NCBI GenBank assembly: GCA_002104905.1
Contig: MCFE01000265.1
Span: forward strand, 43,915-107,914
DNA: 64,000 nt
DNA from: Basidiobolus meristosporus CBS 931.73
Lineage: Eukaryota > Fungi > Basidiobolomycota
Reading direction: 5' to 3'
The translations under genes were made by a program, and so were the position numbers. Shown in pieces: positions 13,851 to 25,439 of the stretch (position 1 is the stretch's first letter; each line of letters opens with the position of its first letter). The notes under the pieces were generated by a model. The model was not told where the DNA came from. It was given only the letters and a program-made list of their open reading frames with translations, and searched no databases.

Positions 13851-15401
13851 TCTACCCAAGTATAACTCAAACCATGGTGGAAGGAAACCTGAATTCAAAT
13901 CATATCGGATTGTTTCAAGAACCATTTCCACCTTAAATTCATATTAACCATTTGAAGTGGGTTCTGCGCATTTACGATCGTCTTGCCTATTTGCTCAATC
14001 TCCACAGAGTGGATGCCAAGGATGTTGGGTTAAGGTTAATTGTGGCAAGTTGCTCAAGGTTTGTTGGTTACAATTTGGTTTAGGGTTAGGGTTGTATGGC
14101 TAATTATCGAACGAGTGGAATTCGCCAGTTTTCTTAAGCATAGACACCACATTACTAGCATTACATATATAGTATGTATGCTCCACACCGCACAAACGAA
14201 CTTATATAGCCAGCAGCCGCATTTCGGAATACGCGGAGACTTCGTGCTTTTGGCTATATCCCGATTTCCTAATTCATCTTGAACATCAGGAAAGCACTAC
14301 TTCGAGTTTCGCATAGATGCGGAGAGAAATCCATGCTCTGTACCCGAATGCTAAAGCCCGTTAACTTGGAACGTCTAACATCACTGCAACCGATACAATC
14401 ATTTTCGGCCCCGTCGGTAGAGGATCCGGAGACTTAACATCATCTTCCAAACGCCCCAAACTGTTATGCAACGATCCATACCGGTATAGTTGAGTATTTT
14501 AGGCAGAACAGTGCCGTCTCTGATTTACTGCGAAATACCCTTGATTCTGGACTGAAGGGTGATTTAAATAGCCGATCGCCAGTTACTTGGGAATCTAGGC
14601 TAGTTCCGCAATACATTCCATCAACTGAATCTATTCCAGGTCCTGATAGAGCATCACCGTATATTCTGTATCATAGTATGCTGGCTGATATCAGACATAC
14701 TATATTCAGACGAACCGTTCCGAAAAGATCATGAAGCCTGATTTCAATGGCACATTGATGGCTTGTCGTGGTCGTAGGGGCGAGGGTGATGCTAGTGATT
14801 ACTAATGCGCGAAGGTCTGTAGCCGTCCATGCTGTGATGTCACTGATAAAGCTGCATGTGGTAAGGATTCAGTAGATCCCCAGTTGGGAAATAGGGATGG
14901 GATCGCGCAGAGCCAAGGTGTGGTGTCAATTCCGCTAGGCGCACTACAATAATATGAGCATTTCCTTCCGTAAAAGGCATTCAGTGTTGATCTCTTTGTT
15001 ACTACAAGTAAGCATGGATTGTATAGAACCAAAAATATTGGGGAGCCGGTTATATATTCATACTGGCTGTGAGCTACGTATACCGATCCGAATTTCGCCA
15101 CCAAAGTATATGGTCAGTGTGCATTTGCTACTGGGCTTTGGCCTATCCTTATTACTATATCGCATGGGACCACAGTGAAACAGTGACAAGCCTCGAGTGA
15201 ATTGATTTTCATCTACTTGAATTCCGAGTGAAATCATGATTAGAATATGGCGTTAGGTCACTATCCAATCAAACACCCAACTGGGTATCAAATAGAGACA
15301 TGAGCTCCATGGGAGATATATTCAAGGTAGTGAACTTCGTTCATGCTCTCCACGTTTTGGAAGATACAGTGTACCCTACTCAGGGTTGTTAGCATGCTAC
15401 T

Positions 15402-15744
15402 TGTTGTAAGTCTTGTAATTACACCTAAACATTCACTTTAGTCACTCAGATCATTGTCTACAGATCTTGGTGAATTCTGCACAAACTCCTTGTTGGGATT
15501 TACCTGGAATATTTTCACCAAAACATCAGGTACCCAGATGATGAAAATCGCAGAGCTGCTTGAACAGCCACAAACGCTGCACACATGCTCTTTGGCCCTC
15601 CTTGAATATATTTAACATGTTTGTTTTGCCAAGACCATGTAAAAGTATAAACACTACTTTTACACTCAATATATCACTAAGTGAAAGCCACATAACCTGG
15701 TTGCACTCCCAACCACTTCCAATATCTTTGAAACTTGTACAACA
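15402..15744 (+). mobile_element. Ty1/copia LTR (family B), isolated copy
   Basis: TGTTG...CAACA, 343 bp, homologous to the PPT-preceded LTRs at 16894-17239 and 17461-17809; flanks CTACT/AATAT show no TSD. Confidence 0.8.
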
Positions 15745-15749
15745 AATAT

Positions 15750-15890
15750 GTCTGCAGTCAATTCATCTTCAGGACAGTAAGCTCAGTGATCTAAGGTATT
15801 ATTTACACCTTCTCAGATGAAATGATATAAGTTATATTGTACATATTTCTAGCATGAAATGTTGGGTTTCTACCTAACTGTATACACCCT
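15750..15890 (-). mobile_element. Copia RNase H fragment
   Basis: Nucleotide similarity to 17890-18040 (NPTFHARTKHIDI...YCPTDEMIAD region). Confidence 0.65.
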
Positions 15891-16269
15891 TACCCCAGGG
15901 GAAAAATTGCAAAAGGCCAGCAGAATAAGATTATGGTATTAGCTATACCCTATGTCTCTCTAAACTTAGAACTCCAAAAATCTTAGGAATTAGCCATTTT
16001 GTAAACCAGCAGACATATTAACTAGGTGGAGACTATGCAATATAGTTTTCATATCAGTAATAAGATAATTCCTACTTCCATGAAGAAATACCACTAAGAA
16101 ATTAAACAAAAACCACCAGCAACAGACCATTAGAGTACCAGTAGAGCATAAATAGACTTTCAAATGAATTTTAACTACAGAATATCTCAAATGGCTGATT
16201 AGCTCAAAAAATGGTGGTAGAGTATCTTTTGTTTTAATTATTGAGTTGTCACCTAGATATTCATGCTAG

Positions 16270-16890
16270 CTTAGTCACATAGATCCTACTCTTTGATTAG
16301 CATTCTGTCCTGAACAAATATCTTGTTGGGATTTACTGGAAATATTTTTACAAAATCATCAGGTACCCAGATTATGATCTTTCTCCAAGTTGTCCTATAG
16401 CTACCAAAGTTTGCACACATATTCTTGAGACCTACCTTAACAAGCTCTACATGCTTGTTTGCTCTACTCTATCAAAAGTTAAATACCATACTTTTTGATC
16501 AATGTTACTACAAGTGAATAACAGGTAAATCCTCTAGTTCTCCATATCACTTCCAATGATCCTCAGAATATTGCAATATCTTTGACATAAACCTTAACTG
16601 TTGAAGGGCTTTCCTAGCCACATTGCCCCTTTTTGATCTCACAGGCTTCCATATACTGTGCCTTTATTGTGAAAAATACTTCAGTTGGCTGCTTCCTTGA
16701 ATTCCATAAGATTGTGCCTTTACAGTCAAGAAAGGTGTAACCTGCAGGAGATTGTCTGCATACTAAATATTGCTCACAATCTGCAGTAAAGTATCCCAAA
16801 AGTTCCTACTCTATTGTAAACATTTATAAATCCACCTAAGTATTCACCAAGCTTAGTCACTTAAATCATTACCTGCAAACTTTTGAGAAT
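16270..16890. mobile_element. Related copia LTR piece (family B2), RNase H fragment and partial LTR start
   Basis: 16270-16600 shares LTR core motifs (ttgttgggattta, aggtacccag, tttgcacacat); 16614-16799 minus reads GYTFLDCKGTILWNSRKQPT; 16823-16890 is an LTR 5' end inverted relative to the next LTR. Confidence 0.65.
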
Positions 16891-16893
16891 ACT

Positions 16894-17460
16894 TGCTGTA
16901 AGAGTTTTGGAAATATTGAAAGTGACTGAAGGACAAGTAGATTATGTGACTTTCACTTGATGATTTATTGAATGTAAAAGTAGTATTTATACTTTTACAT
17001 AGTCTTGGCATAAAAACAAGTGAATAGGTGTAAGAATGGCTCAAGAACATGTGTGCAAGGTTTGGAGCTCTTTGGACAACTTTGAGAATTTTCATGTTCT
17101 GGGTACCTGATATTTTGATGAAAATATTCTAAGTAAATCCCAACAAGAAGTTTGGTCAGTGTTCTCTAAGACCTGTAGGTAATGATCTAAGTGACTAAGT
17201 TAGGAAAGTATTTAGGTGGAATTACAAACTTTTACAACACTCCCACCCTATTAAATGTGTATGCTGACTAGTCCTAATTTTAACCCAAGAAATCCAAACT
17301 TCTCTCTGGCTAATGGTTTAGTAAACATGTCTGCAATCATTTCATTTCTAGGACAGTAAACTAAGTTAACTAGGTTGCTATCCATAGCTTCACATATGAA
17401 GTAATGCTGATATCTATGTGCTCAGTTCTAGCATGAAAAGTTAGATCTTTACCTATTTTA
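16894..17460 (-). mobile_element. 3' end of a copia-B element: RNase H tail, PPT and 346-bp LTR
   Basis: Minus strand TFHARTEHIDI..., PPT tagggtgggag at 17240-17250, then LTR TGTTG(17239)...CA(16894). Confidence 0.8.
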
Positions 17461-18800
17461 TGCTGTAAGAGTCTTGGAGATATTGGAAGTGATTGGGAGG
17501 ACAAGTAGACTATGTGGTTTTCACTTAATGATTTATTAAATGTAAAAGTAGTATTTATACTTTTACATGGTCTTGGCATAACAAACACATAGAATAGGCT
17601 AAGGAAGGTCCCAAGAGCATGTGTGCAAAGTTTGGGGCTGCTTGGACAACTTTGAGAATTTGTATGTTTTGGATACCTGGTATTTTGGTGAAAATATCCC
17701 AAGTAAATCCCAACAAGGAATTTGGTCAGTATTCTCTAGGATATAAAGGTAATGATCTAAGTGACTAAGTTAGGTGAATTTTTAGGTGGAAATACAAATT
17801 TTTACAACACTCCCACTCAGCAAAATGTTCATACCAGCTAGTCCTAATTTTGACCTAAGATATTCAAACTTGTCTCTAACTAATGGTTTGGTAAATATGT
17901 CTGCAATCATTTCATCTGTAGGACAGTAAGCTAAGCTAACTAAGTTATTCTCTATAGCTTCACGTATGAAATGATGTCTAATATCTATATGCTTAGTTCT
18001 AGCATGAAAAGTTGGATTTCTACCTAATTGTATACATCTTTGATTATCTTGAAATAAAGTAATAGGTGTTTTTGACATAGGCCTAAATCTGTAAAAAGTT
18101 TTCTTAACCACATTGCTTCTTTTGTAGCTCCACAGGCTGCCATATACTCTGCCTCTGTGGTGGAAAGTGCTATAGTTGGTTGCATTCTTGAATTCCATGA
18201 AATTGCTCCTTTACAATAAAGAAAGGTGTATCTGGTGGTGGATCTTCTGTCTTCTGAATTTTGTCCCCAATCAGCATCAGAGTATCCCACAAGATCCTGT
18301 TCTGAGTACTTATAAGTGTATCTTAAGCAGATATCAGCAGTTCCTTTTAGGTATCTAAAAATCCGCTTAACTGCTGCAATATGATCAGATCCATAGTTCT
18401 GATTATGTTGGCTGACAACTCCCACTGAATACAAGATATCTGGATGTGTTCCAAGCATGATATACATCAGACTGCCAGCCATAGATTGATAAGGAAAGTC
18501 AGGGCTTCTAGATGGCACCAAGCTCTCTTGATTTGGTTGAGTTTTGACTAAGTTAAGGTTTGTCTCCATTGGGGTAGCTGCCGGTTTACAGTCTTCCATT
18601 TTGAGCTTCTTTGGTATATCTTGAATATACTTGGACTGGCTTAGGGTAATAGTCTGGGTACTTCTGTCTGTGGAGAACTTAATCCCTAAATAGTAACCTA
18701 GTTCTCCTAGATTGGACATCTTGAACTCCATAGATAGGCTGGATTTTCTCTCTTCCAATGTTTCTAGGTTACTGGCAGCTATAATAAGATCATCCACAAA
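17461..18800 (-). mobile_element. 5'-truncated Ty1/copia element B: RT C-terminus, RNase H, PPT and 349-bp 3' LTR
   Basis: LFVDDLII, YSDADW, STTEAEY, DNQ, HARTKHIDIRHHFIRE, ADIFTKPL (one frameshift near 18050); PPT gagtgggag precedes LTR 17809-17461. Confidence 0.9.
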
Positions 18801-21390
18801 CAGTTTGACTTTTAACAATGTAACACTATTATATCATGTTTTGGTCAATACTCATATGAACTTAAGACAGTCTTGTATTTGAGATATTACACCTACCTGA
18901 ATGTAAGATTCAATGATGACCTGCCATAGTAAGCATTATAAATAAAGTTGTGGCACCACATACACAGGTATATGTACCACTATTTCCCCTTTGGTTTGAC
19001 TCACTTCCATATATATGCCGCCAAAAAATAAAGCTAAGTTGTCTGGTTCTCAACCAAACCCCACCACTGATGGCAACAGAAGAACAGTTGGACAACAGCT
19101 TGCTTTGACATTCAGTGCAACAAGTGGGGCTACATTCAAAAAAGGCCCTGTGGACAGTGTTCCCATTGAAGGTAATAATGTGGACTCCTCAGGCTCTCAG
19201 TCAAGTAGGCAATTGAGAACCTCTGCAGAGCCACAAGCTGACTGTTATGCTCAGGCAGATGAGAATGTAGCAAACATAGTACCCTCAGTTGAAGATCAGC
19301 ATGTGGCCATGATAACATCACCACCACCCATATTAGCAAGTATGTTGTCAGCTCATACTAAAGCATTAATGAAGCAATTAGGTGCGGTGGCTGATTGGAT
19401 AGATGCAATGGCCCAGAGAAGTCAGGAAATAGTCCAGAAACAGGATGAGCAGATAATACTTGTGGAGCAATCAATATCCTATGTAGAGAAAGCAGTATCT
19501 CTGCTGCAAAGAAGGAACTCAGGCAGCTCAATGTCACAGCCAAGAATTGAGCCATTTCCCAATGTAACAGCAGAGGAACACTGTACAGTCCTTGAAGCAC
19601 AACAATAGTGCCCAAAGATAAAGCCCACAGAAATACCTATCACAGCGTGGGAGGGTGACAATGTGGTGTTTATACCAAGGCCCAAAAATCAAAACACATT
19701 GAAGATCTGTGAAGCCTTTGAGTGCAATAATGAAGAGTGGGCTAATATACAATAGGCTGTTAGAAGTCTAGCATGCCATCACCTTAAGGCTGGCATACCA
19801 TGGGACCATCAGGAACTCAAGGCCAAGCAGTATGCAATTGACTGGTTCCATGAGCATTATCCTGGATTCAAATGGGCAATGGATTTTGGGCCAGCATTGG
19901 TATGCTAAGAAAGTATCTCAAGAATAGCAGAAACTATCAAAGGCAGAAGAACAAGGGTGCCATGGCTAAAAACCAGCAATTTCCTCAAGAGCCCATTACA
20001 AGCAGGGCCAAAAGCTCCAGACAAGCATCTAAGAGATGTCAGGCAGCTGGAAGAGAGCCAATTAGGGACAAGCAGGCAGAAATGGATGCACCCGCACAAC
20101 ATATATCAAGGAAAGAGCATAGTACCATTCAAGAAGCACCCAGTCAAAGTAGCAGTGAAGGACCTGGCAGTGATACAAGCCAGCCACTTTTACAGGAGCC
20201 AACCACAATTACAGTTGAGAGCTCAAAGCAAGCTGAAAAGAAATATCAGGTTGCCAGAAGAGTGCCTGTAAGGGACAAGCAGGCCAAAACAGATGCATCA
20301 GAGTGGAATTTATCCAGGAAAAAATGTAGTTCTTTACAAGAAGCACTCAGACAAAGTAGCAGTGAAAGACCTGGCAGTGATAAAGAAAAAGGTAAAGGGA
20401 AAAATATCTACCCAAGCCTGAGACAGGGAGGCAAGCAAAAAAAACTACAGTTCTTGCCAATTAACACCGCAAGCTAGGAACAGACTGAATCCCATCATAG
20501 CCAAGAAGAATTACCAACAAGAAAATAGCTGTTTACACAAGAGTTGTAAGCGCAGCCAGTTGAGCTACACTCCAGCAAGGTAGAAGAGTTTGCTGAAAAA
20601 AACAATTTGTCTACCACAGCCTCCACAGCCTCTATTGTTGACAGAGTGGAGATCCCACTGACAGACAAGGCTACAATGTCAAGAGCTTGAAAGATTATCA
20701 CAGTGCCTTCAGTGGAGTTTTGAAACATCAATATGCACACCAAGAGGTTGCAGCACTTCTTCAAGAGCAGTGCTCAAGAAAATGCACTGGAACACTTCAA
20801 GGATTTATTGCAAAGACTGGCAGATGAGGAGCTAGACCATGCAATGCCAGCTGAAGACCAGGATGTGTGGGAACCAGTGAATGAATAGTGGCATAAAGCC
20901 GTTAAATTCCTGCTCAAGTTGTGGAACCAGAGTGTTACAGCAGAACTATTTATTGAGTGGAGGATTTTAATGGAGTTACTTGTTGGGGGTGGGGTTGGGC
21001 TTAATGTTAGTGTAGGGTATAGGGACCTGTATAGGTCAATACAATTGGCAATTGAGGTACAACTGAGGTTTCAACATAAATAAGTCAATTTGTACACATG
21101 AAAAGTAAGAGAAACAGTTGAGTCAGGAAGTAAGGAGTCTGAAAAAGAGGCAATAGCCAATCAATTCACACAAACATAGGTGGCAATAGAGTGTCTGGGA
21201 TCAGAGAGTGAGCAAATTGGCAAGGAGCAAATCAAAAGCCACTTATACATTGTTGTGATGAAAAATTTTGACTAAGTTTTTTGTAAAATGTGGACAGTGT
21301 CTTGACAAGATCAGTACCTCTTAGTCATGGGACTTTCACTTTGTGATAGCCTTTTGATGGGATCATCTCAATAATTTTTCATAGGGAGCA
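18797..21390 (+). mobile_element. Repeat family X copy 1: probable second gene and right end of a CACTA/CMC element
   Basis: Homologous to 38613-39290, 40530-43005, 43015-43599 and 47001-47975. Broken ORF from 19015 (MPPKNKAK...WDHQELKAKQYAIDWFHEHYPGFKW..WASIGMLRKYLKNSRNY). Ends in TTTTTCATAGGGAGCA, the near-inverse of CACTCCCTATAAAAAA at 29281. Confidence 0.6.
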
Positions 21391-22238
21391 GACATTAAGA
21401 CTTCTGCATTAAATAATCTGCTATGATATATACTACAGTATCAACAGATCCTGTTGAAATTTCAAGGCTCTTTGGGGGTGTTTAGCTTAAGAACTTTGTA
21501 CAAGAGGCTTCATAGAACATATCTGCATTGCCAGATAGTACAAATATAGCCTACATAGGTTTTGGCTCCATTTAGGAAGTACCCAATTTGTGGTAGTAGT
21601 ATTTTCCCATTTTTCTTCTTTTTCTTTTTCTGCTAATGATCTAAGGGAAGTTCCTTTTGAGGGATGGTTCTTGATTTCCTTACAGATGGGACCACAGTGT
21701 GCTTATGCATAGATGACCTCATGGCATCATTTGTCCAGAATTTTTGACTATCTAAGAGTAATTTAGTCAAAATCAGCATCCTTGTAGATCAATTGTAACT
21801 TTTGATAGAGTTTTCCAAATTTGATCAAATAAACCTCATTTGAAAGTTAGTTTTCTCAGTGCTTTGGTATCAGACTCCAATATATAAGCCTTTTGAGTTG
21901 CAATGCTTGGCAGTGACTCAATCAACTAAAAGTTCTGATCTGATCCAGAGAATCAATTATCACCAGGTGTTTTCTCCCACCGTAATAAGTGATAAATATA
22001 TAGCAGGTATAGATTGCTATGTTATCTTCTGAGTGGCCTGCAGTTGTATACTGGTCCACTGTTGCTTGGTTATTTACTCCAATCAGACTTACAATCATTT
22101 GCTTCACTCTCTCTGGCTGGCAGTAGAATCTTCTTGAGTTGATTTTGCTAAATTTGTACAATACTTTCTCCCACTGTTTTTAGACTTAAACAGAGTGATA
22201 GCACATCTGACAGCTCCATATCTGGGTACTGGTACATT

Positions 22239-22449
22239 AGACTTGTTCCATTGTGCCTTCAATCATAGTGACAGAAAGTGCTGTATATTTTGTTATTAAT
22301 TTGATATTTTAGGGTCATATGCATGTCAATTTTGATCCCAAATTGGCACTGTATGGCACCATCTGGCACTCTGTGGCATGATCAGGCACCATCTGGCATG
22401 CTATGGCACTATTGGGCACTATGATCAGCTGGAATGATGGAACAAATCC
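22239..22449. mobile_element. 211-bp MITE of the Pangu-like PHIS family
   Basis: ATT|AGACTTGTTCCATTG...ATGGAACAAATCC|ATT; internal ~10-bp-spaced GGCAC motifs. Confidence 0.8.
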
Positions 22450-23129
22450 ATTGTTTCATTATCAAACCACTTGATACAAATGTGGCATTCTTCCATTGGA
22501 TTTTGTAGTCTTAATCTGTACTCCAGGTGGATATATGTATTATGTTTTATCAGGATCCTTACAACTTTGGGAAATTGTTTCTGAGATCTTTTCCCATTAA
22601 TAGGTAGTCCAAAATGGTAGTTAGCAGCTCCAGTATTTGCATTCTCAGCCTTATTTTGAGCAGCAGCAGTTTTTGTAAAATCCTCCTCAGGCAATCATTC
22701 AATGATGATCTATATATTTTTTTGCAATTCAGGACAATATCCTATCCAAAGTCTTGTCTAACAGTCAATTGAGCTTATATGAATATATATAGCAATATAT
22801 TTCATTGTAGATCTGGACCCTCAATTGCTGGAATTATGCAGTTTTCTTCAGCAGTGTTATAGCACAAACATACTATACTTCTTGACATGTTTACATGTCA
22901 ACTTGATAGCCTCTCCTTCATAACCAGCTTGAGTAGTTACTGAATGAGTCTTTTGAAGGCAAGGCCTTCTTCTCTACAGCAATATCCTCATGAGCATAGT
23001 CCTTTTAGCAGCGGTAGTCATCTTTAACTTTGACAGGGCAATAGTGTGGAAAGTCTTTCTCCAGACTGGCAGAAAAGGATCCAAGGCAAAGTAGACACCA
23101 AGCAGACAGCAAGCTTGGGGCTCATAACC

Positions 23130-23476
23130 TGTTGCAATATTTGAGGAGTATTGAAAGTGATGTGAAGAACTAGTGGATTTACATATCGTTCACTTATATA
23201 TTTTTTGATCAAAGTATGGTACTTATACTTTTGATAAAGTAGCGCAAAAAAAGGTCTAGAGTTTGCTAAGGAAGGTCCCAAGAATATGTGTGCAAAGTTT
23301 GGGGGCTTTTGGACAACTTTGACAAAGATCATAATCTGGGCACCTGAAAATCAGGTGAATATATTCTAAGTAAGTCCCAATAAGAAATTTGGTCAGGACG
23401 CAATGCTAATTAAAGAATAAGATCTATGTTACTAAGTTAGCATGAATGTTTTGGTGATAACTTAATAATTACAACA
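23130..23476 (-). mobile_element. Copia LTR, family B2
   Basis: Inverse of 16270-16600, similar to 24060-24345; begins TGTTG at 23476 on minus. Confidence 0.65.
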
Positions 23477-23496
23477 TCTATCAGATTAACATCAAC

Positions 23497-23880
23497 TATT
23501 GCAACCAAGTATAAGTTTGTTGTACATCAGGTGGATGTAAAAACTGCATATTGAATGGAAACCTTGATGAGGACCTGTTTGTGGACCAGCCTGATGGGTT
23601 TGCTGACAAAGATAGCCCCCATTTGGTCTGCAAGCTTAAAAAGTCTCCATATGGACTCAAACAATTGCCAAGAGCCTAGAATTACAAAATAAATTCTTAT
23701 TTAGTATCTTTGAGCTTCAAAAGGAGTAATGCTGACTATAGTATATACTATAAGCCAGATAGAGCAATTCCTATTATATTAATACTATATGTGGATGACC
23801 TTATCACAGGTCCCATTATCCAAGAATCCTTGGAAGAGTCCAAATACAGTCTATCTATGGAGTTCAATATGTCCTATCTA
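23497..23880 (+). mobile_element. Copia reverse transcriptase fragment
   Basis: HQVDVKTA, QPDGF, VCKLKKSPYGLKQLPRA, ILYVDDLI. Confidence 0.85.
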
Positions 23881-24059
23881 CAGGGAGAGTTGGTACTCAA
23901 GTATATCCCAGTAGTGATTACTATAGTATTACATAGCAGGAGATCCAACTAGACTAAGCATAACTCTAATAATATATCACTGAGGTTACAGACCTAGCCT
24001 ATGTTTGTTCAGTCCATGTTAATGAACCCCACACTGTAACAAAGGCTCTCCATAGCCCT

Positions 24060-24345
24060 CAGACAAAGCTTTGGAGTGTTGCAATATTCTGAGGAATTTT
24101 GGAAGTGATGCGGTGAACCAGAGTATTAACCTGTTATTCACTTGTAGATTCAGTGATCAAAAGCATGGTGTTTATACTTTTGACAAAGTAGAGCAAACAA
24201 ACAGGTAGAGTTTGCCAAGGAAGGTCTCAGGAATATGTGTGCAAAGTTGGTGGCTTTTGGACAGCTTTGACAAAGATCATAATCTGGGTACCTGATAATT
24301 TGATAACAATATTTTAAGTGAATCCCAACAAGAAATTTGATCAGT
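24060..24345 (-). mobile_element. Partial copia LTR, family B2
   Basis: Similar to 23130-23400. Confidence 0.6.
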
Positions 24346-24764
24346 TCCTGTGAGCTGGTTAGCAATACAATTAACTTTTACTTGATCTGTTGGGAACCAA
24401 CTGGGTTTTAGCCACAAGTGGTGTCTGACTGTGTTGATAAAGCCTTGGAATTCTTTCAGGGAGCCAATATACTTAGTAGTGGTAACAATCTTGGGATTGT
24501 GGTAGGAGAGAGTTGAAATAGGCTGCTAAGAATTGTGGCTCTGAAGTTGTGCAACAGAGTTTCTGAGGCCTGCATTGTCTTGTTGCAGCTGGGCAAATGC
24601 AGCCATGTGGCTTGCAAAGTTGTACTCTAGACTTGACATGTCAAGGTAGCAGGACAGAGGGAGGTTTCTTGAGCTGGATCAGGAGTACTGGATACTACTA
24701 GGTAATATGTGGGTCATAAAGCTATTAGTTTGTCAACTATACAATTATTGAGCCACAATCCCCA
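24345..24764 (-). mobile_element. Ty3/gypsy gag 5' fragment with PBS-like motif
   Basis: From ATG 24639: MSSLEYNF...EFQGFINTVRHHLWLKPSWFPTDQVKVNCIANQLTG, resembling the fungal gypsy gag N-terminus; upstream TGGGGATTGTGGCTCAA (24764-24748). Confidence 0.55.
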
Positions 24765-25439
24765 ACTTTGAAAAAATAAGCATCACTTCAGATGGTACAT
24801 GCTTTAATGTCCTTTGATATAGTATTATATAAAGGCTTCCAATACAGTAACAATTGTGAACTACACCAGCAGGAAATAAAGTGAATGTAGCTTTGGCCAA
24901 ATATTTTACAAACATAAGGTATCTTTGCCTTTAGAGGATAAGACTAGGGAAAGATTCATACTGATATTAATGGTTGGTATTTCTTTTGAAGTTCATCTTA
25001 AGAACTTTGGGTAGAAGGCAGAGATCCACAGGTGAGCCAAGAGCAGCCTGAAAAAGTTGTTATGAATATGTGCAAGGCAGGAGAGTAGAGCTAGGCAAGG
25101 AAGCGCCAGAAAAGGACTTAGATATGGATCAACAAGCCAAAGTTGATTCCAAGGCAAGGATGTTTATTCAAGACCTATCTTTGTTAGACCAAGGAATATG
25201 TAGGGGGGAATAGGACTACATATACTCTTGGCAATATGGGTACGATGTGACATTGACTAGTAGTAATGGGGTTCTGGGGTGAGGCACAGTAAGTGTGCCA
25301 AGATAGAAATATACTAAAGAACAGACTAAAGTGTCACATGGGATATGCAAGGGGTCAGCTGATCATATGAATAGGTCATGTGAGATATGAATACCATGCA
25401 TGGTATGGAACAATATGAACTCTGATGGGAAGCTCCAAA

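Noticed and set aside
14400-14460. Possible N-terminal piece of the PMA relic (ggatccggagac vs ggatccgtctggag)
   Set aside because: Match too short to distinguish from chance.
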